Assembly (NCBI GenBank): GCA_002633005.1 | Contig: NMRA01000091.1 | Location: 140,275-204,274 of the forward strand | Source: Phoronis australis | Lineage: Eukaryota; Animalia; Phoronida | DNA: 64,000 bases | Reading direction: 5' to 3' | In this document: positions 11,557 through 25,621 of the stretch, one piece after another | Numbering within the stretch: the first letter of the stretch is position 1 | How the letters are laid out: every line of letters begins with the position of its first letter | Translations under genes and position numbers: made by a program | The notes under the pieces: model-generated | Databases searched by the model: none | What the model was told of the DNA's origin: nothing | What the model saw: only the letters and a program-made list of their open reading frames with translations

Positions 11557-14500
11557 GGTGTGGAGCTCAATGTTTTGATACAAAAATTGTTTTTGTTTGT
11601 TGAAACATCGCCAAATGTGAATGTTTATTTTCTATTTAACATTTTTAACGGCCAGTAAAGCCGGTGCCGATTTGCTGCCAAGTACGCACTGCGCTCACAC
11701 GGGAATCACACGGCAATTGCTCACTTCAGGCCGGTACTTTCACAATATGGCGGTAAAGATAAGACATTTGCTGCTCAAGAAAGTTTTTTCCTCTAAGTTA
11801 TTACCTAAATGGGCACTGTTACTGAATTTTGACGTAGCCTATTTTCGCGATGAGTCAGGACTAACCTCAGTAGCCGAGCGTTGGCTACGGGAGATGAGAC
11901 GTACTTCACAAACTTATGATTGTGCATTACCATTCGTCGTATGCAAAGAACATGTAAAATTTTTGACAATAAATAATCAAGTTTGAATAAAAAGGACCAA
12001 AATGAGAACCAAAAACAACCAAACAAGGTAACAACGCATTTACGCTCACGGTAACGTCAAAGCGCTTTCAAGAACAACGTGACCGGCACTCAGGAATCGT
12101 TCCTGAACTGTCACACGGGAACTCAGGTCACGGAAATAGACGGGAATAGTCGATGATTTTCCGATCTCGGCCGAGGTACAAAATGGTGCTCAAAAAGGCT
12201 TTTAGTTTGATAACAGAAAGGATGTGAACATTATGCCATGTTACATATTACTTAATTTGGTATATAAAGAGTTTTTGAACTAGATTGCCCTCTGAGATAA
12301 GGACTTTAAATCTCTGTAAATAAAGTACAACTGAAGCGTATAATCATATATATTGAGAACCCGTTTAATGTCTCACAAAGTGACGGTCATTTTTGTTGTA
12401 CAACAGCCCACTGAAATAATCTGTAGTCATGCTCAATATTTTGCAGGGCCTATCCTATATCTATCTCCACAACGGAAGTGCTGCGATTAATTGCCTGCAA
12501 TGGTTAGGAGTAATTGTTCATAGTTTATCTCTGTGTGACGGTTTCTTAGCAAGTCTTCACATTGTTTGCCAGCCCACAGCGGGCGGAGATGTTTTACTCA
12601 AGTGCAGTTTGTTGAATGGTATCAATGCACTGGTTAAGATAACTAAAATGAAAACAAAAAGTCATAGTTTATCTCAGCTCACGCGGAGAGACTTGTTTTC
12701 AAACATTTTCGTCGCCATCGAGGGTTCTCGGGAGGTGTAATTGACACAGCCTGTTTCTGCTGCTGATTGAATCGTCAAATTCTGTGGAAAAACACAAACA
12801 CGTCCTGACAGTAATTAGTGGATAAATTTCAATAACGATTAAAGACCTCTCGGTGAACTTGTAGGCATTCGGATTGCGTGACAAGCTTTATAATGGACAA
12901 GATAGGATGTAGAAGTGCTTTATAGCGAATACCGTGAACGACGAATCAAGTTCGATCTTCCCTCGATGTTAAAGAATTCCCTTCTGTGAAGGTGTCTGAA
13001 GAAAGGTATGAGAATCATTAATTCTAGTAAAAAATCGGACTCAATTCCAAATTTAGCTGCCACAAACAACATAAAAAATTTTTTCAGGATAAAAATAGTT
13101 CAGAAAATTAAAACTGATTAGAGCCATCAGTGCTGATACTCTACGCGTTGTCTCCTGCCAGTCCGTTGTCGTGTTTGGGCTTTGTTTGTTCGTGGCGAAA
13201 AAAACACCAACGTCATTTTTGACAGCTACAAGTATTTATATCAAGCCCGTAAATTCACTTGTTCTCATTTTTACAGTGATATAACGAATTGTTCTAAACA
13301 CTCTGGGTGACAATGCCGCAAAGGCGATTTTAGCGTTGCATTTACACTAGAATCGGCAAGTATTGGTCATAACGACTGCTTTGTCGAAGCCCCAGTGATA
13401 TTGCAGAAAAATTGGAAACTGTTTAAAAGACTTCGTTTTTAAATCATGTTCCCGTACGTGTCTACTGACCAGTAGCACAAGTCGTATTGTAGTTTGCTTG
13501 CCCCCCCCCCCNATTCGAAGCGATAATTATCAGAGAAAGTGCTATACAGTTATATTTGATTTTAAAGATTGTCACGGCATCCAATTCACACCAGTTTACA
13601 ACAAATCTAGATGACACGAGTTTTACATGCGTTATTATGTCTAGCTCTTCGGAAGAGTTTTGAATTCATGAGGAGTCGGCCAATCCAGCATATTCCTGAT
13701 ATCTGTTAGAAATCGAGCTTTAGATTAGCCAGGTGAGGACCGAAATACTCACGGTCCACAGGACTAATTATTATCTTATCACAGAACCAATTTAGAATGT
13801 TTGATGAACCATTTTTATTTTGGTTAGTAGTAATAGAATGTAGCCGTTGATCCATCCAGGAAAGTTATTTGTAATCGAATTAAAATCTAGTCTGCTGGCC
13901 AATACTCACAAAATTAAATTCCTAGAACCTCGGAGGCATCACACCTCCTTCAAAGGGAAGACAATACTGAAGATTGGAGGAAAAGTCATTTCGTGATTTC
14001 TCACGAGATCTTGATTACTGGTGTTTAATTTGGACTGCAGTTTAGTCTAAAAAGAACAGTCTTCTTCAATTGTTCCCCAGGCAAATTGGTATCAATGTGA
14101 GTATTTTCGAGATTGGGTAGATCGTACAATAATACACTGCACGCAACCTGATTTGTGGAATAACATAGTTGCGACTTGTTTTTTCAAAGCTCTTTCTTGA
14201 CTAAATCACAGTGGACATGATAATTGTTTTGGCAATAACCATCCGCAAATCCGCTCATTTGCATGTTATATTGAGCATGTTTGAATAAAACACGTAACCA
14301 CCCACTCGCCAGCCGTATATACGTGAACTTGTTTACTTATTCTCTCTCGTTCTTCAATGTATATTATGTTTTTATAGTAATCACGGAGTAGCATTAATCT
14401 CATCATAATCAAATTTTGCTGCCAGTGTAGGTTTTATACAAAATTTAATTTCTATTGATTGACAGATAACCGGCACGGAGTGTCAATAATCTACCGCGAC

Positions 14501-16532
14501 ATAGGTAATCCTCGAGTACACTCAAATGGTCGATGTTGTTCCGTCTCGTGTTACTCAATTTATTCGCTTGTAAATATAGATGGTAAAATATTTAATAGAT
14601 AATCTTTACGACTGTAAGTCATGGGGTACCACCAGTACTAATATGTCATGTGATGAACTTAACACGTGACTTATTGTATCAGTGACAATATATCGTAGGT
14701 ACCACCTGCAGTAGATGGAGATAATCTACTACTTGGAAACGTGTATTGACGCGCATCCTATCGGTGACATTGTCAGCCTCGAAACTAAAAATAGTCATTC
14801 ATTGAAAGGCATGAGAGGCAAGTGTTTCATTCGAGTGTTTGCTCGGTACATTTTAGAGTTAACTGGCACAATGACGGCTAGTGAAGTGATGAGCGGTAAA
14901 CTTCAAATTATAATTTTAAATTACGGGATGAATTCAATGTTTCCGGTCTATTAGCGAAGATTTTTTACCGCAAGCCTGCGTCTTGGGTCTACGGAACTCT
15001 GCCCAGTAATTAAGACTTCGAAACTACTTGAGGTGTTCCCAATAAGCGAAACCGCTCTAACACGAAAATTCGCCGTTGAGTCATGTGATAAGCCGTTCCA
15101 CCACTGATATCAATCGTGAAAGCATGCTGACTTACGCCTCGTTCCATATAAATCAACATTGCCTTTGGGATCGCTTCATATTCGTATTATATGGACTGCG
15201 TGGAAACAAACACGGTTAAGCATTTTGGCCATATGCTCGTTGTTCGATGTTTCAGACACAGCAATTATCGTCCAACGATAATTGCGCTGTTGGGGGCATT
15301 GTCAATGGCAACAGGCATGGTTGGTAACATTCGAGATTGGAAAAGCGGGGTTTCTGGGTTATTGTGCTAAAAGCAAGGGCGAAACTCCCCCCCCCCCACC
15401 CCCGCAACACACGGAGGTTTACAGGCAGCTTTTTTGTGGTTGAATGGAACACTCTACATACCACTCGTCGCTCTTTTGTCCCCAAATATCTAGACGGTTG
15501 GTGAGTACGAATAAGATCTTTGATGTCGGTGCAATTGGTTATGTCGTTTTCGACCCTGCCGTAGTAGTCACTCACCCAGCGGTCGGTGTCAGCTTCCGTT
15601 GATGGTGTTATGCACCTTGTGACATTGTCTGCATCGTCTCTAATTGTTGTCATTGGTGCTTGGATTGGCGGCGGTGTCGACTTCAGTGGTAGGGTCGTCG
15701 TCGTTAAGGGACGTATAGGTTATACGGCTAAAAAACAATCTTTGAACTATTGTTTGACTGGATAGACTTCATAAGGTCATTAGATTTAACCAGAGCCATA
15801 AAACACCACAATGCGTTGGGTTTTGATATTTTATAATTACGAATCGTCGATTCTCGCCGTTGTCTACCAAATATTTGCTGAAAGGCAAGCGACTCCATCC
15901 GTTATTAACTTAGTGCGCTTAAACTACTGTGCCATTTATCGAATGTGCTTTCTAGACTGCAACCTCCGAGGTTGCATTTTCGAATCTGCCCTGGGTCTGA
16001 TTTCAGAAAATATCTTTTCTCGACGATCATGCCATGTTAACGTCATCGTCATTGTCGTGGACATTTTCGTTGCTTTGCTTGTGGTGTCTTTGACGGTGTC
16101 ATTAGCTTCGATATCGCCCTCGGTATCACCGTTGGTGCCCTAGTATTAGGTTCTTCATGTGTAGAGACTGTGTCCTTGGTGTCGTTGACTTCAGTTCGTG
16201 GTGGGTTTTGTTTTTTCAGTCGATTTCGCCAAGTGTCGCTGCTCAGGGGGCTTTTATTATCATATTGCCGAGACAGAAATCCATTGTATTTTGTATCTTC
16301 ACACAGTGCTTGCGGTTGTTTTCGACGGCGGCATTGAATGCACTTTCGTGTAAATCGATCGTCCAATGTTGAATGCTGCTGGACCCGACTGCGTTACCGG
16401 CCTTTGCGCCGCATTCAAGCAGCCATTAGTGACTGATTGATGACCTTAAGATCTGATATCAGTAATAGCAGTATTAATTTACTTGACTAATTGTTGCTAC
16501 ATGATTTATTCGTTTCAGAAACTCCATTCAAA

Positions 16533-16565
16533 TCTCTCTCACTCTCTCTCTCTCTCTCTCTCTCT
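16533..16565 (+). repeat. (TC)n microsatellite
   Basis: Near-perfect TC dinucleotide run. Confidence 0.95.
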
Positions 16566-16676
16566 GATGAAGCAAAACTGATAAGGTAAGCAGTAATGTT
16601 TTTTGGGCTAGCTTAGCTGAGTGAATACGAGGCTAAATATGTTTCGTGTCGTCGTTTACCGACAATTTTTCTTTCT

Positions 16677-16718
16677 TTGAGTATTATATATTTTTTGTTG
16701 AGTATTATATATTTTTTG
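16677..16718 (+). repeat. 21-bp tandem duplication
   Basis: TTGAGTATTATATATTTTTTG x2. Confidence 0.9.
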
Positions 16719-16954
16719 AAATCTCATTATATTTAAGTAAAGCTGTGTTCAAATAGCACCTAATTTGTTAGATAAATTTCTCGCCACTACATGTACACAA
16801 CGCTTATCCGTGCGTTGGACTGTGTCTATTTGGTATTATAATAATGTACAACTGAATCTTCTTTAAAGCTGTATTTTTCCTGTGTCACTGTTTGAAAATT
16901 CGAAAGGGAAATAAATCTTTTACCCTCAGATATTTGGCCTCGTGATATTCCTTA

Positions 16955-17060
16955 CCGAAATCGCAATTTTAGGCCAACCCAATAAACTCTGGAGCATTTT
17001 TTCTTGAGTCGCTGATGGTTTCGATGTTGGTGACGGAATTAGTAGTCCAATACGGAAAAA
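16955..17060 (+). repeat. Dispersed repeat related to the ends of the 51553-52596 element
   Basis: CGAAATCGCAATTTTAGG..CCCAATAAACTC..TTCTTGAGTCGCTGATGGTTT matches the reverse complement of 52500-52596 and the direct strand of 51553-51640. Confidence 0.7.
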
Positions 17061-19230
17061 AATATTATGTGACCACTTTTGTGAGAATAAAATGCCTAAT
17101 TGAATTTTCGCTTTGATGCAACTCAATTTGGCGAAATGCTTTAGTTATAATGAATAACACGTTTGAACACCAAAATATCACATCATCATTATTCAGATTT
17201 TCATAGACACTATCAGCTTCAGAAGCTCGTGAAAGGTATACAAACATTCATAGTTTTTGTTTTAAATACTTAAATACTGTTTATTTACGTGTCTATGGCA
17301 GTTTTCAGGGTGCCTTTCCAAGTTTAGCCCGGTATCGCTACTAAATTTAGCGACCTCGCAGTCGTGGACCCGACAGAGCTGGATAGTGCACCGTGGGTTT
17401 CGATCAACAACAAAGAGGAACAAATCCTCAGGGCGTTTTTGACTCATAGGCAGGACATACTTCAGTTCATTCCACGTGCGCCGTAAAGACCATTTCTCAC
17501 TAGGATTTGGGCTTTTATTTCCGAACTCCGACTCGAGATTTATCCAGTTATTAGAGCACAAAATTTCAAGTTAACTTGCTGTGTAATTAGTCAGTTTTGG
17601 AGACGAGTTTCAAGTTCCGAGATTAGACACCGGGCACATTTAAATTTTGCTTGAAACTGTCCTTAATAAGGACTCAACGATGTCCATTGACTTTTTATCA
17701 CATTTATGGGCGTCTGCAAACACTGACTGTCCTTCCTATTGCACTTTTAACTTCATTACTAAGGTCTAGCTCTGATACCGAGTATAAACTTTTCGTCAAA
17801 TTTTCGGTATCATTGAAAACTTCGGGACCTTTTCTTGCAACGCCCCTGACTTAAAACTATGTCCCTGGTTACGTCTGTAGAAATAAGGCTCAGTTTTAAG
17901 ATAATTAGAAAGTGTCGTAAGTAAACGAGGGTCTCATGATTAAGATAAAGTGATAGAAAAACAAGACATTGGTGACTAGATAAAGACACAAATGCGTAAA
18001 ATATTTAAGGAACTTAGTTGAGTCTATTTTCATTCAACCGGACTAACATTTAAATACAATGTAACTATACGCACTTCCATTTTCAAAGCAAATCGCATTG
18101 CCCTAGACTGTAAGTCATTAAGCCATAATAAGACAAAAACATTTTTGCTTTTAATAAAATATTGCATTTGATAGCTTATACATAATTAAAAAACGTTGTG
18201 TTACTGCGGTAACGGAAAGGAACACGTGTTTCGTGATCTCGTGAATGTATGTCCATTTCAACTCGTGTTGCATTTAGAGATATTTCCCTGTCAATTGGCA
18301 ATGTTAAGTGTTCAACTGTTTGTACTGTTCATAAAATCATTCAAAGAGAGTTAGGATCAATAGCCTATTAACTTCCTCGTTTACATTATAACTTAAACGC
18401 ACCTTTTCATTCCCTGTGCATTTTGTCATTGTACGAGCTGATTCCCTTTTTTGATTAAAACGTCAATATTGGATCGTTAACAAGATCCCGTTTTACAACT
18501 TGCAAGAGATCAGTTCACCTGTAGATGCCAGTTCCAAACGAAAACGGTCAAAACAGAACGATTAAAAATAACCGACGTGTATGATTGTTGCTGGACCTTG
18601 AACTGAGACCAACTCTCCTTTTGGGCTCAGACAAATTGATCTTAAGTTATATTGATTTAGTCTGAAAAGCTTCATGAAGCGGGCTTCTGATTAAATTATT
18701 ATTTATATTTACTGCCACTGACGGAGACTGGACTCATTGGTTTCGGTGGAACCACGAAATGGGTTACACGGAATGCACTTCTCCGTTTTTAGGTCGGCTG
18801 GATATCAGCAACATATTTAGATAAACTCTCTAGACTAGAGTGTCCGCGTACAATGCGTGGGTGTTTGTTCGTAGTAAATGCGCAGCACTGAGGCGACATA
18901 AAGCCAACTCACATGACTTCAAATTAAAAAGTCATTACAGTTAGCACCTTTAGTGTAGTTTCGAAACTCACGCCTGCTATCGAGAAAGAAAAGTTTCCCA
19001 ATATTCGTCGTTCCAAGCATGCGTGATATGCATTGCAAAGTGGCGGGAGCGACAACTGCCTTGTGATATGGCCGGATTGATGAATCTGAACACAGGGACT
19101 GTTTGAGGAAATAATCTATATAACGCGAGTAGCAGAAACCAGCAATAAATATTTGTAAAAAAATTGTTTAAACTCGCCGACAACTTTCGGGTCTCACTGA
19201 AGACAAATTAAGACAAAATATAATAATTTT

Positions 19231-19325
19231 CACTTCCGGATGCCGCTTAGCTTGTTTACAAAATGACGGACATTTAACAGTTTTCCTGTAGCTTATCTAT
19301 AAGGATACATTTGTTCACCGTAAGT
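19231..19325 (+). promoter_or_regulatory. Candidate promoter and short first exon
   Basis: ETS-type CACTTCCGG (19231-19239), Forkhead-type TGTTTAC (19253-19259), YY1-like AAAATGACGG (19260-19269), then a consensus donor GTAAGT at 19320-19325. Motif-only evidence. Confidence 0.3.
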
Positions 19326-22144
19326 GACATTCGTGTTGCGATTGAGTTTTGACGAATTCTTCTGGATAAGTTTGAAAGGCTCTCTCGTCATCTTTTGAGA
19401 CTAATTTAAATGTTTGTTTTTGACACACATGCAGGTTTATCTTGTTCTGTTTTTCTTGTTGATAGTAGTTTTATTCCATTTAATTTGTTATTTTCTAATG
19501 TAGACGTTTCCGCTGGTGGTATATAAGGCTGAATTCGTCAATTCTCCCATGGTTAAAGAACGCACAGCTGTTTGATTTGAGAGCGACGCTTCGTTAAAAC
19601 AAGTGCATTTTCATATGAACAGGGTGGCGGCTTGCCTTCTTTTTCACAGTTGGCTGAAATTAGGGCGAAGGGAGGGCGTCTGGGAGATGGATCACCCATT
19701 GCGCCTGCTTTACCAACTATTGCCTGATCGACAAGCGCGACACGGAAAAATGAACGTCAGAAATGCGAGTAAGATTCCGTAAAAATACATCTAATTTTGC
19801 AGTGGACCTAGTTTCCTCGCAAAGAAGTATGTTTTTCCGGCAAAATTTACGAACTGAAGACAAGAAGAATTTGTAGGTTCGAGAAATGGCAACAAGGAGT
19901 TAATTTACTTAGAATAGTAGGTCATGAGTCGCCATAGAATGTAAGTAACGCATCACCATTCTTAGTCGGGTTTTGTTTGATGTCCACATTGTAGTTGTTC
20001 GATATCGCAGCTGCCACTTCAGAAGATCCTAGGTATACGGATTTCATTTTCCGGTGACTGAAAGTGGCAAAACTCAAAACGCCTCCAAATTAGGATATGA
20101 CTTGGTTTTCATTTGTCGTAATGGATAACCGGGATGGTGTGTATAAAAGGGACATTGTCGCTTTTACTGCCGACAGATATTTGTTTGAGATTGTTGGACG
20201 AAATAGAGTTTTTGAAGTCATGAGCTTTGACCAAAGGTAGATTAGAAAACCAAATCCGTAATGTTTTTGTGATTTAACAAATCGCCAAATCGCACTGTTG
20301 TTTGTCAAACATTGACTGAAATAAGGGCCGATTATTCTTCCAGACACGCTGAAAATACTTTGCCACCTATCGAGTGTCAGTTATTTAGCTCCGCCTGCAG
20401 TGTTTAATTGCGACCGCGGAAGCTCTAGGATAGAATCCGCGCCACAGATGATCTCAGACAACCACTCTTCTCGCCAATAATGTCACCTCTAGGCATAGGT
20501 TTTACAGTGCTATGATTTAACGGACCCCACGGTGAATGTTAACTCAGCCACTGGGAATTCAAGCATCATCATTGACGCTATAAATGGCTGTTTGTGTTTG
20601 TGTTTGTGCATGAATAAAAACTGGCTGAAATGTTGCCTATTGAACGATAACGAAAGTATGAACGAGGTGGTAATTTTAGAAAGCCATTTTCTTTTCGAAT
20701 TCTGTACAAAGAACAGTTTGCTTTATGAACCTTGGTTTTGTCTTTTCGTTGTGATCAATGGCATGAAACAATTCAAGCTACTCGAGTATGTTCCCTAAAT
20801 TTTCAGGATATGTTTGGACGTTGTGCAAACGCTTCTGATATTTGATCTTTATTGCTATGGTATTTTTTTTTCTTTTATGTGTATCAAGTAGGCTCTACAC
20901 GTTGAATTCGCCATATTCTTCATATTTTGCAATGCCCCTAATTTAAGGACCTGATCGTTATTTAATTCCTATTGGCAGAAGGGCTCAGTTTTTGGATACT
21001 AAGAAAAAGAGGAACTCAGTAAGGGTAAAGTGATACTAAAATACAACATTAGCAAATAAACGGGTCTGCAAGTTCCCTGAAAATTTTTGGGAACATAGTT
21101 GAGCCCCTATTGTTCTACTTCATGCTACTGGGAATCTAATTTCAAAACCCTGAAGAAACGACCACGGCCACCAACCCCCTGATGTCAGTTACGCAGTGGA
21201 GTAGATTAGAGATTTGTATGTTCTTCTAAATTAATTTCTATCGATTTTGTTTGAGTTTCAAAATCGTTAATTCCTGTCTATTTAGCCGGAATGTTGTAAA
21301 CGATTAGCCTGGCTAATCACAGATAATTGACAACAGCTAAGGCTTCGGCGTGGGGATTCATTTTGAAACTGTAACTTCGAATTTAATTTTCATTCGTACA
21401 GTTTTATTTGTGAATTGGTATGCAAAATCTCACTTAAAATCACTTATGTGATATACGTGTCTGTTGTCCTCCCCTTTTCGTTCCTTTACTTTATTCGTTG
21501 CTTTTGCTGACATTCAAATTAGTCGAAGCAGGTTTTGGTCAGTCTTAAATTTTCGGCAGATGTCGCTGTGATACACCCCGGTGCTGGTCTGAATTAATGA
21601 CACGCATGGTCTCCATAATTTCCTAATTTGATAAGATATTTTGCTGTCAGAAAATTGCTGTGGTGGCTGATTAGCAGGTCAAAGTTCTTTAAGCATTAAT
21701 CAAAAATAGAGAATGTGCTAGAGCAATGCCGCCAATGATAGAGGAATGCCAACTGCTAATTTCCTTATCCTGGAATTTCTTGTTTAATGTCTTCGAATCA
21801 AACACTTGCTTAGCCCATGCCCTACACCAAACACTGGACGTGATTAAGGTTATGTAATACCATAGAATAATTTCAAAATTGGCTAAATTCGGAACATCAT
21901 GTCTCAGAAATGACTGCTTGGATTCATATGAAACTTTTGTTCTATGCATTTTAGTACTAGGTTCTATACACCTTAGTGCTGTGCTCTGTGCACTTTTCTC
22001 GAAGACTTCGTTAGGAATGGTTCTTAAAATTTTCCATTTTGTATTAGCGGCTTATAAAAATAGGGCCGTAACGATTTCCATGAAGCAAACTGATACAGCG
22101 TTCCTTCATATGTCATCAGAATCATTTATATCAAACGAAATTGG

Positions 22145-22200
22145 ATCATGATATTGATACTGTTATCATGATATTGATACTGTTATCATGTTATTGATAC
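22145..22200 (+). repeat. 20-bp minisatellite, about 3 copies
   Basis: Unit ATCATGATATTGATACTGTT. Confidence 0.9.
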
Positions 22201-25200
22201 CGGTATTGTCCTTATAATTGCACTTACCGTGTTGCTACATTTTACTAAGAGACATGGTCACGTGTCCCAGCTAATGAGAGATTGTTAAAAGTTCACAAAT
22301 CTGCAGGATCTCTGTTTCTAGAAAATATACTCTTTTACTGAGTTTAAACCTACAGTTTTGTAGGCACTTGGCTAAATACATCGACTTGTCGATAATGTCC
22401 TTCATAATTTTAAAATGATTGGGTCATCAGGTTTGTTGACAGACATCTAGGCAGTTGATTGGTTGAGTGCAGCGGGCGTCTTCATTTTTAATGCCATAAA
22501 ATAAGTCGATATCATGACGCTGAAAGTGCATAGACATAGTTTTAGCTCGGTTCCTTAAGTCGGCCACCTACATGTAGGCCTTATGCAAGGGTCTTTTCTC
22601 CAGAAAAATCTTTTGTTGGCCTCCCGGACTGCGTAACTAATGGTTACAGATTAGTCGATGCACGCAATCGCTCGGTGGTGTTGATAAAATTGTCTCATAT
22701 TCCGAAGGTCTGTTACTTACTGCTCAGTCGGGCTGATGCGCGTACGGACGTCCGCATGCGCTGGGTGTGAGCTTCTGATAAGTAGATCGCGTTACTGTCA
22801 CCACAAGCTTAGTGCGTACATTACTTTTTCTCGTAGAAGGTGCTCCTACAACTGACAAGGTATCGGAAACGTGAGTGTCAGGCATCGAGTGGTTTTCGGT
22901 AGGGCAGCTTAGGTCAGAGGAAAGCTAGAATCTGATTACTGTTTTGCAGGTACGTATTCGGTCTAATGGCATAGTTGAAGAGAAATGACGCTCAATAGTG
23001 ACGATTGGTTACTTAATTTTGTCAAACCAATAGAATTTTGAGGAGAACTAAAGCAGTAATTATTTATGGCGAGAGGCATTTTCCTACATAGAATGTCTTA
23101 AGGGGACCAACTACAAGCTTCGACTAAGTAAATACAAGCCCTTAAAACGTTTTAACTCCATAACCACCATGAGCACAGGGAACGTTTGGTTGTTTTAAAG
23201 CGAATTCCAGTTATGTTATTGTGCATGCAACTCGAAAAGACGACGGAAGCTTTCCAGTTACCTTCGACGAAACAGTGCCCTACGTCAATTCTTAATATTA
23301 GTGGTTTCCTATTTTGTCAGCTGCAAACTTCCACTGTCGAATGGATCGTTTGATTGGTTTTGTTAACACCTTTTATAGTTCTCCTCGTAACATATTGGGT
23401 CATCATAGGCGCAATGTCAGTTTCTATTTGTCATCGCATGCACCAACTGAACGGCTTAATTACGCTTATCCATTATGCTCGCATATTAAATAATGATGTT
23501 ATATGTACGAATCATTAGGTAGACTTGGTCAGTACTCGTGTAGCTACAGTGTATCTGCTGTGTCTCAAAATTACACTCGGTACACGTTATGTCACACATG
23601 ATGTGTGGAAGGGATGAGATGATACGGCGGTAGGCAAGGGCGGAGGGAGGGTGTTTAGGGGGAACGGGGGCGCATGGAGCAAAGTATGGCTTTCGAGTTC
23701 TTGTTTATGTCAGCGCTTCATTGTAGACAATCAGTGTAGTTGTTCCTGGCGTGTTGGTTAATGATAATACTTTTGTTTTTAGTAAAACCCTGCTTTGTCA
23801 TACGCAATGTTGGTTCGACCGAGCGATATTGTGCTTCGTCTCTAAACACGACTGAACTGTCCTCAGTGGTATCCAAAAGGGGGCGCGTCCATAGGCACTT
23901 AAAGAGACACTTACCGTCACTTGACTTCTTGACGACAAACGTATATGTCGACATTAGTAATTCTTACTGGCATTGAAGAAATTCAGTTGCTCAAAATTGA
24001 CTTAGTTTCTGTGGTAGTTAATTATGGACACAAAACATTAGCAGAATCAAAATCGAGTACGCAAAACACAGTCTCCTGCAAGGCTGCCGCTTTTGTTCGT
24101 CTGTAAGCAGCATCCAGAATTCTCAATACATCTGTAAATCGTTCTCATTGAGTGTTAAAAAGCCCAGATTTACATTTACTATGTATTCCCTTGAAGTGGT
24201 TTATTTTCGTCATAGATCTACGGTTCTGTTAAGTCGTTCGAACTTAATTGCTATTTCGAAGTGCTCTTATCTCACAGTTTGGCGTTCTGGTCCAAATCAC
24301 TCGAGTAGGTGAGATGCCGTAATTGACCCGTCGATCACGAATAGTTGAAAGATACCACTGGCCAACATTCGTTTTTTCAATGAGAAACGAAGAAGATGAG
24401 AAATGTAAATATTACCATCGTTCATATATTCAATATTCTGTTCACGAATAGTTGAAATGCATGGGAACTCCGGCCGTGGCCACTTCACTGCGCCATGAAA
24501 TGATGATGGTTTCGGCATGATGACTATAATATGTGCAGAGTCTCACCTGGGAGATGAGACCATGGACCTAGGATTTATAAAACACAAAATGACTAGATAT
24601 GATGATTAAATATGCTAGGGGACTTAAATGATTCTCTTTTCGCTTCATTTTAGTTAAAATATTTCAAAAAACGGATTTCAACTCAAGTTAGTTTAGTTGA
24701 AAGTTAATCCCTAATAATACTCATTCAACACAGTGCCTGATATCTTCAAACTTAACTGAGTGTAATATGATTTTTAGTTGAATTTTTATTTTTGGTGGTG
24801 CACCGCCATAGTGAGTGACAGCTGTCTCATTCATTATGGACACTCGCTCGACTGCCGCCATTCCGGAAACACCGCCCGCTTTTTAACAAAATATACAATT
24901 CATAATAAAATATGGCAAACACAAGCAGTAGTGGAAGTCATATCTTTCGACTGACGACGCTCATCAGCCTGTGATAAATTGGTGAATGTAAATGAAAAAT
25001 TTAATTTGTAAACCATAAAATTTGGGTCATGAACAACACAACGTCACCAACATCTGAGTGTTGTCGCGACATCGCAGCTTTTCCGATTGTCTCTTCGCGG
25101 TAAATATTTCTCAGCTTCTGAATATAAGTGTTTATTTTAAATTAATTAGAATCGTTTGATCAATAGAATTCAGTTATTTACAATATAGTAACTTGAAAAT

Positions 25201-25419
25201 CTAGCTCTATTGCCATTTTCCGCGACATGAAATCGGCTTTTGTCGCTTGGTGTCCTGCTCTATGGTGTGGGTGGACAGTTTGTTTATTCGGTCAGCCGAG
25301 CAAAGCATGACATAATCTAAAATCGGACATCAGAAGCAATGTCGCGACCATTTCTGCTCTTGATAGCTTCCTCGGTTGTTCGACGAGTCGACTCGTGCAT
25401 GCGACAGTCGCGACACCTG

Positions 25420-25621
25420 GGGACTGTTTCTCGAAGACTGTATTGCCGTTTACTTCCGGCTAAAATCAGTCTAGGGATGGCTTAACCTGTTTCATGAAAT
25501 GAGGTTAAGACTAAAATCAGAAAATATGCCTACAACTCAAAAGACAAAAATCGGAGCAGACTAAAAGCCAAAAGATAAAAAGTCAACGTTTGGTTTACAT
25601 TATCGAGTGATAAACAGGTTC
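25420..25621 (-). mobile_element. PIF/Harbinger-like MITE, copy 2
   Basis: Ends GGGACTGTTT / AAACAGGTTC, flanked by CTG on both sides (25417-25419, 25622-25624). Internal homology to 3270-3390. Confidence 0.55.

Noticed and set aside
11101-11658. ORFs of 121-160 aa
   Set aside because: They consist almost entirely of Ns from the assembly gap.
11621-11986. 121-aa plus-strand ORF as a gene or transposase
   Set aside because: No recognisable domain or splice context; probably inside a decayed DNA element.
12430-14215. Minus-strand exon-like segments with acceptor and donor-like sites
   Set aside because: Frames are broken by stops and I recognise no protein family; needs blastx before any call.
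17262-17561. 99-aa minus ORF faintly like an RTE C-terminus (EDL..DR)
   Set aside because: The motif match is too short and no upstream RT sequence is visible.
24935-24975. Hammerhead-like CTGATGA..GAAA on the minus strand, also partly resembling miR-2
   Set aside because: Stem II and stem I do not pair convincingly. The miRNA match is partial and has no precursor hairpin.
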